Assembly (NCBI GenBank): GCA_030141605.1
Contig: JAQGDQ010002382.1
Span: forward strand, 1-64,000
Reading direction: 5' to 3'
Source of the DNA: Tubiluchus corallicola
Lineage: Eukaryota > Animalia > Priapulida
Length of the DNA stretch: 64,000 bases
Position numbers and translations under genes: made by a program. The notes beneath the pieces are model-generated. The model was not told the DNA's origin and made no database searches. It saw only the letters and a list, made by a program, of their open reading frames with translations. This document shows, one piece after another, positions 17,159-39,390 of this stretch (the stretch's first letter is position 1; each line of letters starts with the position of its first letter).

Positions 17159-18218
17159 TTAACAAACTAATAGCGGCTAGTAGGATAGATGTTACACCTC
17201 TGGCCGATTTCCCGGGGGGGGTGGGGATTTCCCCGGGGGGGTGGGGAAAAACACCCCTAAAAAAGTGCGAAAATCCGGGAAAACCCCTAAAAAAGTGTGA
17301 AAACCCGTGTGAAAGTGCGCACGTGATCGAAATCGACGAAAAAGCGCGAAAAACAAAGAAAAACGAAGAAAAGGCGTGTGAAACGAGGTAAAAATTTTCC
17401 AGTTTTTCCCTCCCGCATGGCTTCATTTGGATCGAATGACCTTGAACTCTAGGTCACGTGACCAAAGTTCATTGACCCCTGGCCCCTGGATGGCTTCTTT
17501 TTTTGACGCCCCATTTTAAACCGCGCAAAACCGCGCGAAAGTGTGTGAAAGCGCGTGAAAGCGTGTGAAAGCGCGCGAAAGCGTGTGAAAGTGTGTGAAA
17601 CGAGGTAAAAAGCGCCTCAAACGAAGAAAAAGGGAGAAGTGGAGTTCCCGCCGAGGACTAATTAGTGCTAATTGGCGCTAATTGGCGCTAATTGGGGAGC
17701 CCCTGCCACCCCTCCGCCGCATGCAAACGTCCGTCCCGGGGGTCGGGGACCCCCCCTGCAACCCACCCCTCCGTCACGTGGAATCGTCCACTGCAGGCAA
17801 TGAGGGAAATCTTTTTCCCGCCACTCGCGCAGTGCCGGCCCTTTTCCGCGACCACTTCTCTCTCTCGGGTGCCCTCCCTTTTCCGCGACCACTTCTCTCG
17901 CGGGTTTAGATGTGTGTGTGTGTGTGTGTGTGTGCGTGTGGAGATTTATTTCAAATGCCAAAGTTCGATAAATGCATTTTCACAAATCTTTTTTATTGAT
18001 GGATTACAGGTGTGGAGATTTATTTCAAACGCCAAAGTTCGATAAATGCATTTTCACAAATCTTTTTTTATTGATGGATTACAAAAAATTTTTTTACATT
18101 TTTTATGCAAAATACATACGTACTAAAACTAGATTATTATTATTATTATGGTGACATGATAGTTCTACATTTTACGTTTTTTTCGCAAATTACACAAATT
18201 ATGCAAATTACAATAAAA

Positions 18219-18875
18219 CTACACTAATGACGACGAGCGAGTACATGGATTGTCGTCGTCGTCGTCGATGTGATACAGACAAACGTTATTGTTGTTAAAA
18301 ACGAATTCGTTAAATTTGCGGAAAACGTGAGAGAAATCCTCGACCTTTGTCCCGCCCATCATTATTATGCTTCCGGTGTGAAAAATGTTCAGAGTAATTT
18401 GCTCGCATTTGCAAGTTAGTTTGGGAAATAGTTCCACTTCGTAAAACACTTCTCTAAAAGAATGCGTCGAAGGACGAACGAGTTCTTCGTACAGTGCACC
18501 CAGTTTCAATCTGCAGCGAATTTTGGCTCTGGCGGTGATGGTGCGAATTGCGATCCCGTCGGCGGGCGTCAGTCCGAGACCTTTCGAGAGTTCTTCGATC
18601 GCATTGCGTAGTACTTTTTCCTCCGAAAAACCGTTGGCCACCACGGAGCCGGAGGCAAAAATCATCAGCGTCCCGCCCAGTCGCTTCAGCAGAACCATTT
18701 GCGGTTTTCTTTCGTAGCGTCTTCCGCCCGTTCTCCGCCGGAGTTCGTTCAGATCGAAGCGCTGCGAGAACGAAGCCGTGGCGACGATGTTGACCGTTTG
18801 GACTGACACGTTAGAACGTAGTTGGCAATCGTTTCGGATGCCCGAACCGCTCTGCCTCGTCCGTTGCTCTGCCAA
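18219..18875 (-). CDS. Divergent TATA-binding-protein (TBP)-like protein, left-arm copy
   Basis: Two TBP repeats: VNIVATASFSQRFDLNEL...TLMIFASGSVVANG and YEVELFPKL...ITLNIFHTGSIIMMGGTK; start codon uncertain (no in-frame ATG before the fold). Confidence 0.8.
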   Translation of the reverse strand: MAEQRTRQSGSGIRNDCQLRSNVSVQTVNIVATASFSQRFDLNELRRRTGGRRYERKPQMVLLKRLGGTLMIFASGSVVANGFSEEKVLRNAIEELSKGLGLTPADGIAIRTITARAKIRCRLKLGALYEELVRPSTHSFREVFYEVELFPKLTCKCEQITLNIFHTGSIIMMGGTKVEDFSHVFRKFNEFVFNNNNVCLYHIDDDDDNPCTRSSSLV

Positions 18876-19261
18876 CGTATGGCGGGCGGCGGGTGCTCGC
18901 TTTCCAGATCCTCTACGCGTATGACCACGCGATTTTTGGGGAGATGTTTTTTGACGAAATCATACATCTCTGCTCCCTTGACGTAGGTGATCCTGCCTCT
19001 GGTGGTCTGTCGTAGAATGTTTTCCAATTCTGCGTACTCGATCATTCCCTCCTCCCACGAGATGCCGTGTATGTGTCTGATTAGGTAGTTGTAGGTGGAT
19101 CGCTTGTGCTGGGGAACGCGATTCCAGGGGTGGGGCGGTTTGAAGGTGTAGTTGTGATATATGCCGGTCTCTATTTCGCGAATTACCAAATTTTTGACCA
19201 GGTATTCTTCTTTTCCGCACTGGAAGGCATCTACGGTGAGAACTATGCTCGATTCAGACAT
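18749..19261 (-). CDS. 170-aa virus/Polinton-type protein, probable DnaQ/DEDD exonuclease-like fold, left-arm copy
   Basis: ATG-initiated intact ORF; motifs FKPPHPW, IHGISWEEG, YVKG recalled from small exonuclease-like ORFs of invertebrate Polinton-like elements; a synonymous change in this frame creates a stop in the overlapping frame. Confidence 0.6.
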   Translation of the reverse strand: MSESSIVLTVDAFQCGKEEYLVKNLVIREIETGIYHNYTFKPPHPWNRVPQHKRSTYNYLIRHIHGISWEEGMIEYAELENILRQTTRGRITYVKGAEMYDFVKKHLPKNRVVIRVEDLESEHPPPAIRWQSNGRGRAVRASETIANYVLTCQSKRSTSSPRLRSRSASI

Positions 19262-19535
19262 CTGTGACGATGGGGGGTCCTTCTACGCCGTCGGCAACGA
19301 GTTTTCCTTCGATGACGATTTGCTTGTGATTGTTCACAAATTCCAGAGACTTGATTTTTTCGAAGGTGTATTTTTTTATGACCTTGTTGGGGGCACTCTT
19401 GCGTGCGTTGGCGCGCTTGCCGCCCCGCGTCCCCGCTTGTTGTTGTTGCTTGCGAGGAACGGTGGTTAGAGGTTGTTTGAAATCCTGCAAGAGAAGAAGA
19501 ACAATAGTTATAGTATTGTTGTTCGCTAACGACAA
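19254..19535 (-). CDS. Small basic ORF of the element, possibly a spliced exon
   Basis: DFKQPLTTVPRKQQQQAGTRGGKRANARKSAPNKVIKKYTFEKIKSLEFVNNHKQIVIEGKLVADGVEGPPIVTDV*; preceded by acceptor-like ttcttcttctcttgcag; its stop overlaps the ATG of the 170-aa ORF (gATGtcTGA). Confidence 0.35.
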   Translation of the reverse strand: MSLANNNTITIVLLLLQDFKQPLTTVPRKQQQQAGTRGGKRANARKSAPNKVIKKYTFEKIKSLEFVNNHKQIVIEGKLVADGVEGPPIVTDV

Positions 19536-19793
19536 CTAGGCATTTTTGATGAGCCATTCTTTCAGATTTCTAGGTTTTTTGGGGGCAGTGGGGGTGAGCA
19601 CCATCGGCGGCGATGGAGGGGGCGTCGCGGAAATTACGAGTTTGTCTTCTTCTTTATCATCATCTTTCTCCTCTTCCTCCTCCTCCTCTCGAAAGATGTC
19701 CATTCGTGTCCCTCTCTCGCGTCTGCTTTTACACGGAGGGGCGGAGGTGCCGACGTCCGTGTCTGGCAGACTTCTTTCCGTCCAGTTTGTCCA
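19536..19793 (-). CDS. Acidic/Pro-rich ORF fragment in the central spacer
   Basis: ...MDIFREEEEEEEKDDDKEEDKLVISATPPPSPPMVLTPTAPKKPRNLKEWLIKNA*; acidic tract, TP/SP sites and an NLS-like PKKPR; probably truncated at the 19793/19794 junction. Confidence 0.35.
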   Translation of the reverse strand, partial: WTNWTERSLPDTDVGTSAPPCKSRRERGTRMDIFREEEEEEEKDDDKEEDKLVISATPPPSPPMVLTPTAPKKPRNLKEWLIKNA

Positions 19794-19992
19794 GTTCCTC
19801 GCAAGCAACAACAACAAGCGGGGACGCGGGGCGGCAAGCGCGCCAACGCACGCAAGAGTGCCCCCAACAAGGTCATAAAAAAATACACCTTCGAAAAAAT
19901 CAAGTCTCTGGAATTTGTGAACAATCACAAGCAAATCGTCATCGAAGGAAAACTCGTTGCCGACGGCGTAGAAGGACCCCCCATCGTCACAG

Positions 19993-20505
19993 ATGTCTGA
20001 ATCGAGCATAGTTCTCACCGTAGATGCCTTCCAGTGCGGAAAAGAAGAATACCTGGTCAAAAATTTGGTAATTCGCGAAATAGAGACCGGCATATATCAC
20101 AACTACACCTTCAAACCGCCCCACCCCTGGAATCGTGTTCCCCAGCACAAGCGATCCACCTACAACTACCTAATCAGACACATACACGGCATCTCGTGGG
20201 AGGAGGGAATGATCGAGTACGCAGAATTGGAAAACATTCTACGACAGACCACCAGAGGCAGGATCACCTACGTCAAGGGAGCAGAGATGTACGATTTCGT
20301 CAAAAAACATCTCCCCAAAAATCGCGTGGTCATACGCGTAGAGGATCTGGAAAGCGACCACCCGCCGCCCGCCATACGTTGGCAGAGCAACGGACGAGGC
20401 AGAGCGGTTCGGGCGTCCGAAACGATTGCCAACTATGTTCTAACGTGTCAGTCCAAACGGTCAACATCGTCGCCACGGCTTCGTTCTCGCAGCGCTTCGA
20501 TCTGA
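19993..20505 (+). CDS. 170-aa virus/Polinton-type protein, probable exonuclease-like fold, right-arm copy
   Basis: Differs from the left-arm copy by one residue (ESDH vs ESEH). Confidence 0.6.
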   Translation: MSESSIVLTVDAFQCGKEEYLVKNLVIREIETGIYHNYTFKPPHPWNRVPQHKRSTYNYLIRHIHGISWEEGMIEYAELENILRQTTRGRITYVKGAEMYDFVKKHLPKNRVVIRVEDLESDHPPPAIRWQSNGRGRAVRASETIANYVLTCQSKRSTSSPRLRSRSASI

Positions 20506-21035
20506 ACGAACTCCGGCGGAGAACGGGCGGAAGACGCTACGAAAGAAAACCGCAAATGCTTCTGCTAAAGCGACTGGGCGGGACGCTGATGATTTTTGCC
20601 TCCGGCTCCGTGGTGGCCAACGGTTTTTCGGAGGAAAAAGTACTACGCAATGCGATCGAAGAACTCTCGAAAGGTCTCGGACTGACGCCCGCCGACGGGA
20701 TCGCAATTCGCACCATCACCGCCAGAGCCAAAATTCGCTGCAGATTGAAACTGGGTGCACTGTACGAAGAACTCGTTCGTCCTTCGACGCATTCTTTTAG
20801 AGAAGTGTTTTACGAAGTGGAACTATTTCCCAAACTAACTTGCAAATGCGAGCAAATTACTCTGAACATTTTTCACACCGGAAGCATAATAATGATGGGC
20901 GGGACAAAGGTCGAGGATTTCTCTCACGTTTTCCGCAAATTTAACGAATTCGTTTTTAACAACAATAACGTTTGTCTGTATCACATCGACGACGACGACG
21001 ACAATCCATGTACTCGCTCGTCGTCATTAGTGTAG
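20379..21035 (+). CDS. Divergent TBP-like protein, right-arm copy
   Basis: Same TBP motifs as the left copy (QMLLL vs QMVLL within the fold); followed by aataaa at ~21184; start uncertain. Confidence 0.8.
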   Translation: MAEQRTRQSGSGVRNDCQLCSNVSVQTVNIVATASFSQRFDLNELRRRTGGRRYERKPQMLLLKRLGGTLMIFASGSVVANGFSEEKVLRNAIEELSKGLGLTPADGIAIRTITARAKIRCRLKLGALYEELVRPSTHSFREVFYEVELFPKLTCKCEQITLNIFHTGSIIMMGGTKVEDFSHVFRKFNEFVFNNNNVCLYHIDDDDDNPCTRSSSLV

Positions 21036-22451
21036 TTTTACTGTAATTTGCATAATTTGTGTAATTTGCGAAAAAAACGTAAAATGTAGAACTATCACGT
21101 CACCATAATAATAATAATAATCTAGTTTTAGCACGTATGTATTTTGCATAAAAAAATGTAAAAAAAATTTTTTGTAATCCATCAATAAAAAAGATTTGTG
21201 AAAATGCATTTATCGAACTTTGGCGTTTGAAATAAATCTCCACACACACACACACACACACACATCTAAACCCGCGAGAGAAGTGGTCGCGGAAAAGGGA
21301 GGGCACCCGAGAGAGAGAAGTGGTCGCGGAAAAGGGCCGGCACTGCGCGAGTGGGGGGGGGGAAGATTTCCCTCATTGCCTGCAATGGACGATTCCACGT
21401 GACGGAGGGGTGGGTTGCAGGGGGGGTGTCCCCGACCCCCGGGACGGACGTTTGCACGCGGCGGAGGGGTGGCAGGGGCTCGCCAATTAGCGCCAATTAG
21501 CACTAATTAGTCCTCGGCGGGAACTCCACTTCTCCCTTTTTCTTCGTTTGAGGCGCTTTTTACCTCGTTTCACACACTTTCACACGCTTTCGCGCACTTT
21601 CACACACTTTCACGCGCTTTCACACACTTTCACATGCTTTCGCGCGGTTTTGCGCGGTTTAAAATGGGGTGTCAAAAAAAGAAGCCATCCAGGGGTCAAT
21701 GAACTTTGGTCACGTGACCTAGAGTTCAAGGTCATTCGATCCAAATGAAGCCATGCGGGAGGGAAAAACTGCAAAATTTTTACCTCGTTTCACACGCCTT
21801 TTCTTCGTTTTTCTTTGTTTTTCGCGCTTTTTCGTCGATTTCGGTCACGTGCGCACTTTCACACGGGTTTTCACACTTTTTTAGGGGTTTTCGCGGATTT
21901 TCGCACTTTTTTAGGGGTGTTTTTCCCCACCCCCCCGGGCAGCCAAAGGGGGGGTGGGGAAATCGGCCAGAGGCAAAACATCTATACTACTGAGGCCGAA
22001 ATACCTGGGAAAGTTAAAGTTGTCCAAAAGTCCTGTAAGACCTTCACGACCTGGTAGAACCAGTACTTGACAATAATTATTGAAATTATCTCTTTTACTG
22101 CATTTGTCACAGACTGGCAATGTTTAAAGCATGTGACGCAAATTGTGGCCTTCAACTATAGGTGACAGTAGGAAATTGTAATAAAACCCATCGACCTGTT
22201 TTTGTGACTTGATTATAGCTTTTTAATATAAGGCTTAGTTCTAAAAATCCTAACGTTGATTGGGATAATATGTACAAAACATCCAGGTTACAGAATTCTT
22301 GAGATTCGAACACCAAACTATCACTGTCCGTTTGTTTTGGATTTTTTTTTGTAAAAAATAAACCAAAACAGGTACACCAGGGGAAAGTAATTTTTGTTAT
22401 TATAATGGTTATTCTCGCGGTGATTTCCAAATAGTTGTTTTCTTTTTATAG

Positions 22452-36554
<14,103 letters not shown>

Positions 36555-37347
36555 ACAGATTAATTTTTGATGTAAACTGTCTGTGATGAGATATGTAAAT
36601 AAATTTTATTGTTCAGTAAAACAGTAGCTTTTAATTGGCTTTTTTCCTTTTTAACTTATTGTTCAAACTAGCGATATTATAATCAATATTGCACATGCAA
36701 AAGCATTAAAAGAACCTTTCTAAGATGATTAGCACTATTGGCACTAATTGGGAACTCTTCGCTCTCCGTTTACTAAATGTAGTGTTCGGCTAACTTCGTT
36801 TATTTTTAGATACAAATTGTCTCAAACAAGGCCATTAGCTACTCAGGGAAAGAGTTACAATAGGAGTGGAAATATGAGTACATTTCCAGAACAAAAGTAT
36901 TCTTGTAAGTTGAAAGGGAAACAATTTTATAGCAGGAGGTTTCACTGATAACTTGTGCATACACAGTCCATTTGAAGAGTTCCACTATTACCTGGTATAG
37001 ACTGGAAAGCGAAGTTGACAAAGCACGCAGAAAAATATTATCATTGGTAGAGCATTCCAAGCTAACGGATATTCTTGAAAACTTTAGATTTCCTTGGAAA
37101 TCAAATCTCACAGTTTTCCGTCATCTGCAGAAGCTGTATTCCTCATATCTGTATAACCTCAAAGGCCTGTCTCCAAGAGGTGGATCTCGTGGGACTCATC
37201 GATACTTATAGCCCCTTTTTGCCCTTCATTCCAATGCAGAAATCGAAGTTTTAACAATGAGGAGATCATCCTTGTCAATGGCGGTTCCGATCTTTTAGAA
37301 CTGGCGACCATTTCAAATACACTTGTGGGAAAATCACCAGTGTTATG

Positions 37348-37398
<51 letters not shown>

Positions 37399-38751
37399 AT
37401 GCGTGTGTCCAAAATCTTTCAACCAAGAGCTGTGTGTGTGCGTGCGTACGTGCGTGCGTGTGTATGTCCAAAATCTTTCAACCAAGAGCCGTTGAATTTA
37501 ACAAAATTCACTAACTGGAATAGTCAATAGAGTGATATAATTCACAAGTACTGCTGAGATGAACTAATAGATCATGCGACTACAATACTGCAAAACTATC
37601 CGCTTGTTACAGAATAATTTTTTCGAAAGCTCACAATGACTTGGTCAAACCTAACATTAAAATTTCGTCTTCTGTCTGGATCCTCAGGACTTTTTCTTCT
37701 GTCTTTTTGAATTGTCTTTCACAAAGCCAGTTCAGTCAAATTCTGTAGATGTTTCATGAAATCGCGCGTTTGTGTTTGAAGCAACCCTTCCCTATTCAGA
37801 ATATGCTGGCCGACAGTATGGCTTCAAACAGTTCCATAAGATCAGAGAGTTATTCAACGTGTTGGGTTTTGCAAGGTTACACGTGTATGATACAGATTTC
37901 TTGTGACGTATCAGCACGACGAATAGGCCACCAATACCAGGTAAGAATTAAACATTTTGTAAATTAATTTCTCCCAATTTTCATTTACAGAATTTTGTAG
38001 TTTGTAAATTTTTGGAAAATTTGTTGATCGTGTTCACACTTATAAAAAAAGTTTTCATGAAATTATATATTCATTGCATTATAGCTACTGTAGTCTCAGT
38101 GTATTTCAAGAAATTAAGATTACGTGTATTTTAGAAGTGAACTAAGTTTTACACCTAAATGTTAGTGGATTCTCACCTAGCATTAACGATAACCTACCAT
38201 TTCTCTAGTTAACGTGCATTGTAGAACAACTTTAAAAAACGTTTTTTATTTGCCATCTGACAAAAACGTTTTTAGTGTGCATGTCACGTTTAATTTTAGG
38301 TTATTGAGGCAAACATCACTTAGACTAGTACAGCAGTTTTTATTCGTTAATTTATAAAAGAGGTATATTTAAACTTTAGTCAATTATATTCAAAACATTA
38401 ACGCAGTTACGTACTTAAGGCCTAAACTAATTGTAAGAGAGAAATTTTTAGACGATGCCACTGCATACATAAACCATAGGGAATACAGTAATATCAAATT
38501 TAATTATCGTCTTTTTATTCAGATTTTCAATTTAGAATAAACACTTGGCACTCACGACCAAGTGGTCACTAAGCTAACTGTGTTAAACCAATGACACACG
38601 GCCGCCAAAACACACAAACCCGCCGACGTCGGCCATGATAACTCTCCTTAACAGGGCTGTCTCTCCCATTAATGCAAACCAGGCAGTTGCGCAGGGCACC
38701 AAATTTTGGTTGGCGTCAAATTCTGGAAGTAATTATTTCATTTTGAAGTTT

Positions 38752-39390
38752 AGCTTAAGTAATAACATAGCGTATGTGTAATAACATAGCTTAAGTAATA
38801 ACATTGTGTATGTGTAATAACATAGCTTAAGTAATAAAATTGTGTATGTGTAATACCATAGCTTAAGTAATAACATTGTGTATGTGTAACATAGATTAAG
38901 TAATAGCATTGTGTATGTGTAGTAATATAGCTTAAGTAATAACATTGTGTATGTGTAATAACATAGCTTAAGTAATAACATTGTGTATGTGTAATAATAT
39001 AGCTTAAGTAATAACATTGTGTATGTGTAATAACATAGCTTAAGTAATAACATTGTGTATGTGTAATAATATAGCTTAAGTAATAACATAGCGTATGTGT
39101 AATAACATAGCTTAAGTAATAACATTGTGTATGTGTAATAATATAGCTTAAGTAATAACATAGCGTATGTGTAATAACATAGCTTAAGTAATAACATTGT
39201 GTATGTGTAATAATATAGTTTAAGTAATAACATTGTGTATGTGTAATAATATAGCTTAAGTAATAACATTGTGTATGTGTAATAACATAGATTAAGTAAT
39301 AACATTGTGTATGTGTAATAACATAGATTAAGTAATAACATTGTGTATGTGTAATAACATAGCTTAAGTAACAACATAGCGTATGTGTAA
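38752..39390. repeat. 36-bp minisatellite, ~17 copies
   Basis: Unit agcttaagtaataacattgtgtatgtgtaataacat. Confidence 0.95.

Larger units (their letters stand above)
17179..21991. mobile_element. Near-palindromic non-autonomous Polinton/Maverick-like element (arms 17179-19460 and 19794-21991, 333-bp spacer)
   Basis: Arms are reverse complements of each other with few differences; termini 5'-AGTAGGATAGATGTT...AACATCTATACTACT-3' resemble Polinton AGT-repeat ends; flanking 6-mers gcggct/gaggcc match 4/6; GC-richer, compact overlapping ORFs unlike the host flanks. The palindrome is certain, the Polinton assignment is inferred. Confidence 0.7.

Noticed and set aside
20034-20378. N-terminal extension of the 333-aa ORF upstream of the TBP fold
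   Set aside because: Starts at GTG, overlaps the 170-aa ORF in another frame, and is interrupted by a stop in the left arm (18960) caused by a change that is synonymous in the 170-aa frame; probably not coding.
18219-21035. Calling the TBP-like ORFs the host TBP, TRF2 or TRF3 gene
   Set aside because: Far too divergent from the highly conserved metazoan sequences, intronless, and embedded in a mobile-element-like palindrome.
17179-21991. Palindrome as a fold-back read or assembly artefact
   Set aside because: Arms differ by SNPs and a ~73-bp duplication, there is a unique 333-bp spacer, symmetry stops at AGTAG/CTACT termini and flanks are unrelated; considered unlikely but not excluded without reads.
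36748-37335. Short ORFs downstream of the RhoGEF stop
   Set aside because: No recognisable motif, stops in all frames; could be 3'UTR or a decayed element.
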